NCBI GenBank assembly: GCA_030602715.1
Contig: JAUVZD010000007.1
Span: 13,581 to 77,580, forward strand
DNA from: Candidatus Coatesbacteria bacterium
GTDB lineage: Bacteria > RBG-13-66-14 > B26-G2 > JAUVZD01
Direction: 5' to 3'
Length of the DNA: 64,000 nt
How positions within the stretch are numbered: the first letter of the stretch is position 1; the number at the start of each line of letters is the position of its first letter. A program made the translations under genes and the position numbers. Under the pieces are notes generated by a model. That model had not been told where the DNA came from. It worked only from the letters and a program-made list of their open reading frames with translations, and did no database searches. Of this stretch, positions 48,542-58,066 are shown piece by piece.

Positions 48542-48966
48542 AGGTTGATCTTATAGTTGTTGGGGAGAACAATGGGTATAGTAATATGTAAAAACCCTTC
48601 CCTGTAACTCGCCTGGGCTTCCTCTCCAAGGACATCAACCGGCATCTCTATCTGACGGAAGAAACGACCGTAGTCTATCTCCATCTGGACAAACTTTATC
48701 CGCCGCCCCTCATCAAAGTCCTCACGAAAACCTTCAATGGTCAACAGGCGTTCCTTGAGTTTTATCCTCACTTTATCCTTATCCACACCTGCCAAATCCA
48801 CCTTGACCACTATATCCTTGCCGGTGACGAATATGTCAATATTCGGCGCCCAGACACTATCCGAGAGCATCACATATCTGGGTTTGACCCGATGCAGACG
48901 CTCAAGGAGCCGTTCTATACTCTCATGTCCCTCTTCGGGGTTATATTCTCTTCTGGAAGAACCCAT
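48538..48966 (-). CDS. Hsp20/alpha-crystallin family small heat shock protein
   Basis: Alpha-crystallin domain DIFVTGKDIVVKVDLAGVDKDKVRIKLKERLLTIEG...EGFLHITIP. The M at 48966 is the likely start; the track ORF extends to 49062. Confidence 0.8.
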   Translation of the reverse strand: MGSSRREYNPEEGHESIERLLERLHRVKPRYVMLSDSVWAPNIDIFVTGKDIVVKVDLAGVDKDKVRIKLKERLLTIEGFREDFDEGRRIKFVQMEIDYGRFFRQIEMPVDVLGEEAQASYREGFLHITIPIVLPNNYKINL

Positions 48967-49152
48967 AAAGCCTACCTCTTGTCCTCTATTTTCCTTCACC
49001 AAGCAAAAAGTATATATAAAGAAGCAATTGGTCATATTAACACACAGAAACAGGGTTTTCAAGACATTTTCACACCATCAAGACCACATTCCCATCTTTT
49101 TATAATTGACTCTCCATCCATAAAGTTCCCCATCCGCATCAAATCTACTCCC

Positions 49153-49181
49153 TTGACTGTGGTTTAGTTCTTAGTTAAAAT
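49153..49181 (+). promoter_or_regulatory. Sigma70-type promoter (TTGACT-17-TAAAAT) upstream of ddl
   Basis: TTGACT at 49153-49158 and TAAAAT at 49176-49181. Confidence 0.45.
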
Positions 49182-49207
49182 GTCAAAAACAAAATTAAGG
49201 GGAGAAA

Positions 49208-50317
49208 ATGTCCGCAAAAAAGATTCGCTTGCTGGTTCTCTTCGGGGGGGTAAGCGGGGAACACCAGGTCTCCTTGGTCTCCGCCAAGAATGTCATCTCC
49301 GCTGCCGACCGAATGCGCTACGAAATCATCCCCCTGCTCATCACCAAAGAGGGGCGCTGGTTCTCGGCGAATGACCCAACACCCCTCCTTGAGGGGGACA
49401 CTTCCCGCTCTTTCGCCGTCTGCCTGCCCGCAGACCCCAACGAACGACGGCTCCATTCGCTGGAAGAGAAAGAACTCCCTGAATACCTTGCCCACCCCAT
49501 AGACTGCGCCTTCCCGATCCTGCACGGACCCAACGGCGAGGACGGCACCATACAGGGTTTACTTTCCCTGGCGCAGATACCCTATGTCGGTGCCGGAGTG
49601 CTCTCCTCGGCGCTGTTGATGGATAAAGGCTACATGAAGCTGGTCTTCCAAGATGCCGGACTCCCCATAGTCCCCCATCAGGTGCACAGCTACCATCGGT
49701 GGGAGAAAGACCGTCAAGCGGTGATTGTGCAAATAGAGAGTGATCTGCCCTATCCCCTCTTCACCAAACCCTGCAATCTGGGCTCCAGCGTGGGGATCAG
49801 CAGGGCAGGCGACCGGGATGGGCTGGTTCGGGGATTGGAGGATGCCTTCTCCTACGACAACAGGGTGATAGTGGAGAAGGGGGTAAACGCCCGGGAGCTG
49901 GAATGCTCGGTTCTGGGTAACATCAATCCCAGGGCTTCCATCCTGGGGGAGATAGTGCCGTCAAACGAGTTCTACGACTACGCGGCAAAATACATAGATA
50001 ACAACTCCGAGCTCATAATCCCGGCGCCGATAGACGATTCCCTGATGAAGCTGGGGCAGGAGCTGGCGGTCAAAGCCTTCGTCTGCGCCGAAGGACGGGG
50101 AATGGGGCGGGTAGACTTCCTGCTGGATAAGGACACCGGAGAACTCTTCCTGAACGAGATAAACACCATACCCGGCTTCACCCCCATCTCTATGTATCCC
50201 AAGCTGTGGCAGGAGAGTGGTCTATCCTATCCCCGGTTGATAGACGAGTTGGTGCAGCTGGCACAGGAGGAGTTTGAGTCCCACAGTCGGCTGAAAAAGA
50301 GCTACACACCGAATTGA
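49208..50317 (+). CDS. ddl: D-alanine--D-alanine ligase
   Basis: KIRLLVLFGGVSGEHQVSLVSAKNV and an ATP-grasp domain. 369 aa. Confidence 0.9.
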   Translation: MSAKKIRLLVLFGGVSGEHQVSLVSAKNVISAADRMRYEIIPLLITKEGRWFSANDPTPLLEGDTSRSFAVCLPADPNERRLHSLEEKELPEYLAHPIDCAFPILHGPNGEDGTIQGLLSLAQIPYVGAGVLSSALLMDKGYMKLVFQDAGLPIVPHQVHSYHRWEKDRQAVIVQIESDLPYPLFTKPCNLGSSVGISRAGDRDGLVRGLEDAFSYDNRVIVEKGVNARELECSVLGNINPRASILGEIVPSNEFYDYAAKYIDNNSELIIPAPIDDSLMKLGQELAVKAFVCAEGRGMGRVDFLLDKDTGELFLNEINTIPGFTPISMYPKLWQESGLSYPRLIDELVQLAQEEFESHSRLKKSYTPN

Positions 50318-50354
50318 TTGAAGTAAAATCAAAACGTCACAAAAAATTTGAAAT

Positions 50355-51704
50355 ATGCACCTCCTATCGCCAGCGTCCGCCATCATCTTTGACCTGGATG
50401 GAACCCTCTTCAAGACCTCCGCCCTATCCGAGCCCGCCTTCCGCCTGATAGTTGACGCCATCCGCTCCCAGAAGGGCATAGAGATGGACTACTTCTCCGC
50501 CGAAGAGGTAGCTTCCTTCATCGGGCACAGCTTCAACGAGGTCTGGGAGATGGCTTTCGCCCACCATCTGCCCGGTGAAAAGGAGTATGTCCATCACACA
50601 ATGCAGGAAGCGGAACGGAAGATGCTTATGGCTGGAGCGGGAGCGCTCTACGCCGGCGTCCCCGAGCTTCTGCAGAAAACCTCCGAGGAGGGCTATCGCC
50701 TTTATCTAGCCAGCAACTGCTCTGAATTCTATATGCAACCGGTAATTGAAAAGACGGATATCGCCCATCACTTCACCGCCACCTATCCCATAGGGCGCTA
50801 CCCCTATATTAGCGACAAATCCGAGCTTCTATCACTCATAATCGCAGAAAATCCCCACGAAACCGGCTTCATCACAGTGGGAGACCGGGAGATGGACATC
50901 ACCGCCGCACAGGAGAACCACCTGGGTAGCATCGGTGTGCTCTGGGGCTTCGGAGGTGAGCATGAACTCTCCTCTGCAGACCTGCTGGCGGGAAACCCCC
51001 AGCAACTTCACACAATGCTTCTAAAAAAGAACCTGCTGGTCTATGACCTGGCAGATTACATTCTTGAACTGCGGGAAAGGAAGAAAAAGGGGGCGCTGAT
51101 GGTGGGCATCTCGGGCATAGACAACTCCGGCAAGACCACTATTTGTATGAGGCTTTCGGAGAGCTTAAGGAGAGACGACCAGCAGGTGAGCACCATCCAC
51201 ATTGACGATTTCCACAACCCCCAAAAAATCCGCCACCAGGACCCCCAACATCCCTGCATCAGCTTCTACCAACATGGCTTTGACTATTCTGCGCTTGAGG
51301 AGCGGATACTGAAGCCGTTAAGAGAGGAAGGAACGCTTACCACCACCTGGACGGGGATAGACATCTCCACCGACGAACGCACCTTAAGGCGGGACTACAA
51401 CATCCCCCCGGACGGAATCGCCCTGGTTGAGGGTGTCTTCATCTTCCGACAGGCTCTGCGGGACTACTTTGACCTGCGCATATTTGTGGACATCAGCCCC
51501 GAAACCAGTCTGGAGAGGGTGCGCACACGCCACCGCCTGGAGGGGAAAAGGGAGGAGATGGAGCTAAAGGAGAGATACGATAATCGCTACCTTCCGGGAC
51601 AGGATATATACCTGAACGACGATAAGCCCAAAGAGCAAAGTCAGATAATAATTGACAACAACGACCACCAACATCCCTTCTTCACCAAACACCCCTTATT
51701 TTAA
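50355..51704 (+). CDS. Fusion protein: HAD-superfamily hydrolase (N-terminal) plus uridine-kinase/PRK-like P-loop kinase (C-terminal)
   Basis: HAD motif I IIFDLDGTLF and downstream HAD motifs. The C-terminus carries the Walker A MVGISGIDNSGKTTIC typical of the uridine kinase/phosphoribulokinase family. Confidence 0.6.
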   Translation: MHLLSPASAIIFDLDGTLFKTSALSEPAFRLIVDAIRSQKGIEMDYFSAEEVASFIGHSFNEVWEMAFAHHLPGEKEYVHHTMQEAERKMLMAGAGALYAGVPELLQKTSEEGYRLYLASNCSEFYMQPVIEKTDIAHHFTATYPIGRYPYISDKSELLSLIIAENPHETGFITVGDREMDITAAQENHLGSIGVLWGFGGEHELSSADLLAGNPQQLHTMLLKKNLLVYDLADYILELRERKKKGALMVGISGIDNSGKTTICMRLSESLRRDDQQVSTIHIDDFHNPQKIRHQDPQHPCISFYQHGFDYSALEERILKPLREEGTLTTTWTGIDISTDERTLRRDYNIPPDGIALVEGVFIFRQALRDYFDLRIFVDISPETSLERVRTRHRLEGKREEMELKERYDNRYLPGQDIYLNDDKPKEQSQIIIDNNDHQHPFFTKHPLF

Positions 51705-51734
51705 TATTAACGGATTTGGGTAAAAAAGATAAAC

Positions 51735-52178
51735 CTACCGACCATACCTCCACATACCCTTCTGACTCTCTTTTGCCCGCCTTAAAGCATCCTCAAAAAG
51801 TTCAACATAACGTAAATTGGGGGGTATGGTCAAAAGCGTTGCCAGCCCCTCCTCCAACAGTCGGGCGTTAACCATCTCCCCATCGGCATAGACATAGGCA
51901 AGCAGGCGACCATATTTATCCCGCTCCTGAATATCCAGCTCCAACTGCACCGACCTCCCCTGCACCAACTGAGCATTCAAACTGCGGGCTTGCTCATAAT
52001 AGGGCTCCCCCACCTCCGGGCAGTCTATGCCGATGTAACGCACCTTTCCCAGCCCCAAGACATATATCGTGTCCCCGTCTATCGCCTCATCACAATAATA
52101 AGTATCCCCGCAGGCGACAAAGGAAACCGCCAGCAGAGCACCGGCGATGACCATCATTACCTTTCCGCCAACGCTCAC
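51735..52178 (-). CDS. Thermonuclease (SNase-like) family nuclease, secreted or membrane-anchored
   Basis: An N-terminal hydrophobic segment plus the SNase motifs DGDTIYV...VRYIGIDCPE...YGRLLAYVY. Confidence 0.75.
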   Translation of the reverse strand: MSVGGKVMMVIAGALLAVSFVACGDTYYCDEAIDGDTIYVLGLGKVRYIGIDCPEVGEPYYEQARSLNAQLVQGRSVQLELDIQERDKYGRLLAYVYADGEMVNARLLEEGLATLLTIPPNLRYVELFEDALRRAKESQKGMWRYGR

Positions 52179-52181
52179 CTC

Positions 52182-53147
52182 TCAATCCCCCGGTAATTCA
52201 AGCAATACTTTAAGCACACCATTCTCAGACGCCTTGCGGAAGGCTTCTATGCCCTCGGACAGCGGGAACACGGCGGAAATCAACGGCTCGGGGTCAATCA
52301 CTCCCTCCGCCAGGGAGCGCAGAGCCGGCTCAAAGGGACCACAGCGGGAGCCGGTGATGTTGATTTCATTTACCACCAGAGGGGTCACCGGCAGGGCGTA
52401 ATCCTCCGCCAGGGTTGACTTCAGCACCAAGGTCCCCTGGGGACGCAGGTGAGCCAGAGACCCTTCAAGCCCCTCCTTGCGTCCGGTTGCCTCCACCACC
52501 ACATCAAAGCGCCGGTCTCTGTCAAGTCGGTCGGCGAAGACGGTCTCAATCCCCAACTGTCGGACGATGTCCAGCTTATGTTCATGACAGCCCACCACGG
52601 TCAACTCCACCCCCAGCGAGCGCATCACCATAGCCACCAGCAGACCCAGCTTGCCGTCCCCGAAGACCGCCACCCGGTCGGTGGGCAGGATGTGGAGTTG
52701 TTCGCAAATCTCCCAGGCGGCGGCGAGGGGTTCGGTGAAGACCGCCTGCCGATCGCTTACCCCGGAGGGCACCTCGTGCAGGTTTGCCAGGGGGAGGGTG
52801 AGGTATTCGGCAAAGACTCCATCCTTCTCCAACATGCCCAGCACCCGACGGTTAGGGCAGTGCCGCCCCAACCCCGCAAGGCAGGTCGCACAACTTCCGC
52901 AGGGGAGGTTGATCTCTCCCACCACCCGCTTGCCCACCCACCGGGGTTCGTCCGCCTCCTCCACTACCCCAACGAACTCGTGCCCCAAGATACCGCTAAA
53001 GTCCATATAACCGCCGTAAAGCTCCAGGTCGGTGCGGCAGATGCCCGCCAGATGTACCCTTATGCGGGCTTCATCCGGCTTCCTTTCGGGAAGGGGCACA
53101 TCCTTGAGGGACAACTCCCCTGCCCTTAAAAGAATCAGTGCTTTCAT
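52182..53147 (-). CDS. Zinc-dependent medium-chain alcohol dehydrogenase (threonine/sorbitol DH-like)
   Basis: GICRTDLELYGG, GHEFVGVV and a structural-zinc Cys cluster CGSCATC. Confidence 0.8.
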   Translation of the reverse strand: MKALILLRAGELSLKDVPLPERKPDEARIRVHLAGICRTDLELYGGYMDFSGILGHEFVGVVEEADEPRWVGKRVVGEINLPCGSCATCLAGLGRHCPNRRVLGMLEKDGVFAEYLTLPLANLHEVPSGVSDRQAVFTEPLAAAWEICEQLHILPTDRVAVFGDGKLGLLVAMVMRSLGVELTVVGCHEHKLDIVRQLGIETVFADRLDRDRRFDVVVEATGRKEGLEGSLAHLRPQGTLVLKSTLAEDYALPVTPLVVNEINITGSRCGPFEPALRSLAEGVIDPEPLISAVFPLSEGIEAFRKASENGVLKVLLELPGD

Positions 53148-53171
53148 GATGAGGAATGGACGCTTTTCCAG

Positions 53172-53831
53172 TTAATAAGAGAACGCCAAGCCAAAGAAGA
53201 GCATCTTGGCTCTCACATTGGCTATAGGATAGGAGAGCTCCACGGAGAGACCGAAGGGAGACATGAGACCGCCGGAGCGCCCGAAGGTCACATCTATCCC
53301 CAAGGCGACAGCGTCAAACCAGCGTTTCTGCGCATTCTCCCAGTCAATGGTTCCACTGAAGAGCTGGGAGTAGTCCACCTGGGGAGCGTAGAAGCCTTCG
53401 TAGGCAAGATATAATTGCGCCGATTTGGATAGGTCTATGCTGTTCACCAGAGATATCTTGGGAGAAAGAAACTGGGCGCCCCATATGTAATTCATCCACA
53501 GGATGGGAGCGAAGTTGTACAAGGTGTGCCCGGGGGTTGCCTGCCACTTGATATGGAAGCCGAAGGAGGTTCCGGTGGTCTGCAGACCGACATCAAAACG
53601 GCGGGTGGCGCCGTATTGAACATAGAACCCGGCCATATAGTCGGTAACCTGCATGCCGGCGTCCTCCATCTTCTTCTTCTCCTTGGCGTCAAAATAAGCC
53701 GGAACGATTATGTATGAGCGGGCGTTGACCCTCCCTTCACCGATGGTTCGAGCCCCTTGAAAGTTTCCATAAAAACATGAGGTGGAGAAAACGACCAAAA
53801 CCAGCAGAGCAAAGAGCATACGTTTTGCCAT
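53172..53831 (-). CDS. Putative outer-membrane beta-barrel protein
   Basis: Signal peptide. Alternating amphipathic strands. The C-terminal residues are aromatic (…LAFSY). Confidence 0.45.
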   Translation of the reverse strand: MAKRMLFALLVLVVFSTSCFYGNFQGARTIGEGRVNARSYIIVPAYFDAKEKKKMEDAGMQVTDYMAGFYVQYGATRRFDVGLQTTGTSFGFHIKWQATPGHTLYNFAPILWMNYIWGAQFLSPKISLVNSIDLSKSAQLYLAYEGFYAPQVDYSQLFSGTIDWENAQKRWFDAVALGIDVTFGRSGGLMSPFGLSVELSYPIANVRAKMLFFGLAFSY

Positions 53832-53984
53832 ATATCCCTCCTAAGAATATGATTTTTACCAAATTACACCAGGATTTCCGTCGGTTCAGCCCCCAAATCT
53901 CTCCAGAAAGAAGTCTATCACCCTCTCATCGTCCCTGTCCGCCAGATAAGGCTTTACAAACATTATCATATCAACCCCCCGGGG

Positions 53985-54929
53985 TCAATCCCCGCTTTCC
54001 CCCGCCCAATCATCAACCCGGGGATAGAATCTTTTCACCACCAATTTAAGCTCCACCTCAAAGGCGAAGTGAAACGGCTGAAGGATGAAAAGCCCCTCCA
54101 GGTTCCCGGAAATGTCCCCCTCAAACACAACTTTCTCAAGATAACCCCTCTGAGGGTGGAAGTAGAGCTCTCCCTTAAGCGGACCCTCCATCCGACCACC
54201 TGTGAGCAATAATGTGCCCTGGTAAAGTATTTTGCCGCTCAATGCGCCCTCAAAGGAGGCTGACCAGCCCTCATCGGTCAGTTCTTTCAGGGTGGCTTGC
54301 CCAACAATATCTCCCCAAAATCCATTACCCTCACCTACCGGATAGTGCAGGGGCTGGCTTATTTCCCAACTCTCCCCCTGCTGGACTTTATCCTGTGGAT
54401 AGAGTGAAGGGAAGAGGGAGAAGACGAAGCTTAAAGCATCCCCATCCAGGTCATCGTAGATTGTGGGAAGCTTGCTTTTTCTCCTAATGTCCCCTTCGGG
54501 GGAGACAAGGATGTGAACCTCTTCCTCCAACAACCCCTGCTCATAGCTCAACCAGAGCTCAGCCGGTTCACCCTCTATGTTGGGGATAATCTCCACATCC
54601 ATAAGCACGGCGCAAAGCTCCACCCCCTTCTCATCCACCTGTAGAATTTCCTGGCTGACCAGTTTGCGATATTGCAATCCCCCCTGAAAAAGCTCTCCGT
54701 CAACCAGGTTTATAATACTCACCTCACCATCCAAGCCCACCGCAAAGTAGCGTATCTCCCCACAGGAGTAGTTCTCGCCGAATCGGGGTGGTTCCTCGGC
54801 GTCTCCCCCCTCATCTACCAAGAAGCCCTGAACCGCAACCAGCGTTATCAGGGCAAAGGTTATCCTGAACTTGTCAAGCACAATACTCCGTTTAATAGAC
54901 GCTTGCTTTCTCCTCAACCTCTTCCTCAC
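53985..54929 (-). CDS. Hypothetical protein
   Basis: 314-aa ORF with no recognised motifs. It overlaps the upstream gene by 38 nt. Confidence 0.4.
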   Translation of the reverse strand: MRKRLRRKQASIKRSIVLDKFRITFALITLVAVQGFLVDEGGDAEEPPRFGENYSCGEIRYFAVGLDGEVSIINLVDGELFQGGLQYRKLVSQEILQVDEKGVELCAVLMDVEIIPNIEGEPAELWLSYEQGLLEEEVHILVSPEGDIRRKSKLPTIYDDLDGDALSFVFSLFPSLYPQDKVQQGESWEISQPLHYPVGEGNGFWGDIVGQATLKELTDEGWSASFEGALSGKILYQGTLLLTGGRMEGPLKGELYFHPQRGYLEKVVFEGDISGNLEGLFILQPFHFAFEVELKLVVKRFYPRVDDWAGESGD

Positions 54930-56013
54930 CTTCCCCAGTCCCCTCCAACTCGCTTACTGGCGTCTCCCGCACCAGGGAGTGCACCGAACCTGCCTTCTCC
55001 ACGATAATATACTGGTTCTGTTTCAAGTTGAGCTGTTTGACCCTATCCAGGTAAAACTCCACCTCCGCCCACAGGGTGCAATTGGTCTCAGGAGACCACA
55101 TAATCGTCCCACTACCCCCTCCTTCGCCCTGGGCGAATGTGGAACTGATGCTGGTCTCGCTGACCGTTAGCTCCTCAATGTAAAAATCCACCGAAAAGAC
55201 ATAACAGGGCAACTCCTGCCAGAAGCTATCGCCGACATAAGTATAGGTGGCTAACAGCTTCTCACTGAGGGAAAGCTTACGGTCCCAGGTGCGCGGAAAG
55301 GCTAGGTTGACCTCAACCCCGGTCTCCCAGGTGGATTCGTCCAACAACTGTTCCACCGGGGGCTGAAGCATGAGCAACAGGCAGTTGATGTCTATGGGGG
55401 AGAATTCCTTGATCACCTCGTCCAGGTTATATACATCCAAAGGCTTTCCCCGCTCATCATACGTATAATAAAGCTCCTTGTTTCTCAACATGGAGTCTAC
55501 GGACACCATTGGCGGAATGGGGGTGCCGTTTATCACCCAGGTCTGCATCGCCTCGGTGAAGACGATCTTCATTGCGGAGGCGTCCTCAAGCGGATACGGC
55601 GGTCGGTAGGGTTGCACTCCTTCCCCCTCCTCGCCCTCCGGTGGCGTCTCATAGACGACAATCGCACCAACCCAATCCGTTTGCGCTTGCGAAAAGTTCA
55701 GCTTGACCATGGACTCGGTGATGGATTCGGCGGGTAGACCCAAACCGTTGACGATGCCGGAGTCGTCCTGCACCACCAGCATACTCTCGCCTACGGAGTA
55801 GGTGTAATTTACTGTTTCATCCAGTAAAAACGATATTTGTGGTGATTCCTCCTCCCCTTCTCCCTCCTCGGCGTTCTGGGGAAAAGCGGCGGTGGTCAGC
55901 AAAAAGAACATGATTAATGCAACTGAAAGCTCCTTCATCTCTACCCAAATCCTCCCTCTTCGCTCTTCTTTATAGGAATTAAAACAGTGAGCAAATATAA
56001 CATAATTTTGCAT
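54892..56013 (-). CDS. Hypothetical secreted protein
   Basis: N-terminal signal-like segment LSVALIMFFLLTTAAFPQNA. Acidic. Confidence 0.45.
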   Translation of the reverse strand: MQNYVIFAHCFNSYKEERRGRIWVEMKELSVALIMFFLLTTAAFPQNAEEGEGEEESPQISFLLDETVNYTYSVGESMLVVQDDSGIVNGLGLPAESITESMVKLNFSQAQTDWVGAIVVYETPPEGEEGEGVQPYRPPYPLEDASAMKIVFTEAMQTWVINGTPIPPMVSVDSMLRNKELYYTYDERGKPLDVYNLDEVIKEFSPIDINCLLLMLQPPVEQLLDESTWETGVEVNLAFPRTWDRKLSLSEKLLATYTYVGDSFWQELPCYVFSVDFYIEELTVSETSISSTFAQGEGGGSGTIMWSPETNCTLWAEVEFYLDRVKQLNLKQNQYIIVEKAGSVHSLVRETPVSELEGTGEGEEEVEEKASVY

Positions 56014-56172
56014 CCGACTACAAAAGAAAACGCATCCGAAAGTATGGTTGACTGGACAGGTTCATTATGATATTATTGGTAGAAGTTTTTCACATTTATA
56101 TCTGAGATTCTGAATCTCCGCCATAAAAAGATAAAAGCCCGATACTTTTTCCAAATCCAAGAGAAATCCCCC

Positions 56173-56409
56173 ATGCCCATCTACGAGTTCGCCTGCACAG
56201 AATGTGGCCATCAATTTGAGCTACTGATGTCCTGCAAAGATGACTCACCACTATGTCCGCAGTGCGGCTGTGAGGTGAGAAAGCTCTTCTCCGCCTTCGC
56301 CTGCACCACAGGCGAGAAGCGCACCTCCCTGGGGGAGATTCAGTCCTCCCGCTCCACCTCATCCGTCTGCGCCTCCTGCAGGACCAGAAACTGCGCCTCC
56401 TGCACCTAA
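56173..56409 (+). CDS. FmdB-family zinc-ribbon protein (second copy)
   Basis: MPIYEFACTECGHQFE...CPQCG. Confidence 0.65.
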   Translation: MPIYEFACTECGHQFELLMSCKDDSPLCPQCGCEVRKLFSAFACTTGEKRTSLGEIQSSRSTSSVCASCRTRNCASCT

Positions 56410-56500
56410 ACTTCCTCCCATCACCCAGCTTAAGCCAAGAAAAATCCATTGGAATAGGAGTGGAATTTATGTTAACTTTCTCCCATCCTACCACTACCTA

Positions 56501-58066
56501 TTGTCTATGCCAGCCCCCCACAAAGCCCATAGACCGCTGATCCTTTCCGTATTCCTCCTAGCCCTTCTGGGGTTAGCATTACTACAGAGCCTGAGCCTGC
56601 CTCGCTGGAGCACCGGTTTTCTCGCCGCCCAGAGTGCCCGCACCCTCATCCTCACCGGCTCAACCGACCTCAACAGAATGACCTCCCCTCCCCCTGAGGA
56701 GGAGGGGAACAACCTCCCCTTAACCCGCATGGGCCCGGGGTATGCCTCGGTCAATCTGGGGCATGTACTGACTATGCTACCCTTCGCTGGTCTGGGGGAG
56801 CTTGCTCAGAGTATCTTCAACCATCCCCAGCCGGACTTCATCCCCCTCAAGTTCTGCTCCGTCTCCAACCTGCTCTTCTCCGCTCTCGTTCCCGCCCTAC
56901 TGCTAGCCCTCCTGCTCGCCCTGGGTTTCACCCCAAGAGTGAGTCTGGCAACCACCGCCCTATTCTCCCTTGCCACCATCTTCGGGGCTTTCGCTCTGGG
57001 CTCGGAGTGCTCCGAGGCACTGCTGGCTTTCGCCCTGCTCGCCTCCTTCTATTCGCTGGTCCGTTACTCGCAAAACCACCGACCAGGGTGGCTGGCGTTA
57101 AGCTCTGTTTCCGCCTTATATCTGGTATCGCTCAAGCCCTATGCCCCCATATTCATCATCCCTCTTGCGGTCTATCTCCTCCTGGTCAGTCCCCCACCCT
57201 GGCGCAGAAACTGGACCGACTTGGCGTTCCTACTGCTCCCCAGCCTGGTGATGTCGGGCGTGGTGTTCGCCTTCAACTACCAACGCTTCGGCTTAATATG
57301 GGGCATGTTCTCACCTTTTGAGCTTTGGGGAAGCGGTAATATCGCAAGCGGAATCTACGGCTTGTTGCTTTCCCCCGGCGCCGGTCTATTTCTCTACTCC
57401 CCTGTGCTTCTTCTCTCACTATTGGGTCTGCGCCGCTTCTTCCACCTGCACCGGCGGGAGGCTATCTTCGCCCTGCTCAATCTGGCTCTGCTCCTGGTCC
57501 TCTTCTCCCCCTGCTGGTTCTGGGGGGGAGATTTCCTGTGGGGAAGCCGTTACCTGCTGGTCGCTATTGCCCCGCTTATGGTCGCCTGCGCCCACCTGTT
57601 GAAAAAGGTCAGCAGGCGGGCAAAATACATCGCCCTGGTCGCCTTCTTGACCATCGGACTCGTGGTGCAGATTCCCTCCTGGTTCATCTCCCTGAGTGCC
57701 CCATCGGAGTTGATTCCCTCCTACCCCCTGCTGGCTAACTATCCGGAATGTTCCCCTCTGGCACTGAAATGGCAGGCTCTGGGGGTGCAGTTGGGAAAGG
57801 TCTTCGGCAAATCAGCAGGCGTTTTAGAGATCTACGATTGGAGCAGGATAAGCCGATTGGGAATGGAAGCCTTTGCGGGAGACCAAATCCTGCGCCCCTT
57901 CACCCTGCGAGTCCTGGTGAGTCCCACCGCAAAAATTGAAACCATGCTGGCGGTATCCCTGGTGGCGGTGCTACTTATAATTGGGGTTGTATTTTTTGCC
58001 CTAAGAATCCCTGGCACAATCAGGAAGTGGGGAGATAATGAGAAAAGGGGGCTGGAGGGACGATGA
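56501..58066 (+). CDS. GT-C-like polytopic membrane protein, paralog 4
   Basis: At least 10 TM helices. Paralogous to the next gene; the stop overlaps the next start. Confidence 0.5.
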   Translation: MSMPAPHKAHRPLILSVFLLALLGLALLQSLSLPRWSTGFLAAQSARTLILTGSTDLNRMTSPPPEEEGNNLPLTRMGPGYASVNLGHVLTMLPFAGLGELAQSIFNHPQPDFIPLKFCSVSNLLFSALVPALLLALLLALGFTPRVSLATTALFSLATIFGAFALGSECSEALLAFALLASFYSLVRYSQNHRPGWLALSSVSALYLVSLKPYAPIFIIPLAVYLLLVSPPPWRRNWTDLAFLLLPSLVMSGVVFAFNYQRFGLIWGMFSPFELWGSGNIASGIYGLLLSPGAGLFLYSPVLLLSLLGLRRFFHLHRREAIFALLNLALLLVLFSPCWFWGGDFLWGSRYLLVAIAPLMVACAHLLKKVSRRAKYIALVAFLTIGLVVQIPSWFISLSAPSELIPSYPLLANYPECSPLALKWQALGVQLGKVFGKSAGVLEIYDWSRISRLGMEAFAGDQILRPFTLRVLVSPTAKIETMLAVSLVAVLLIIGVVFFALRIPGTIRKWGDNEKRGLEGR

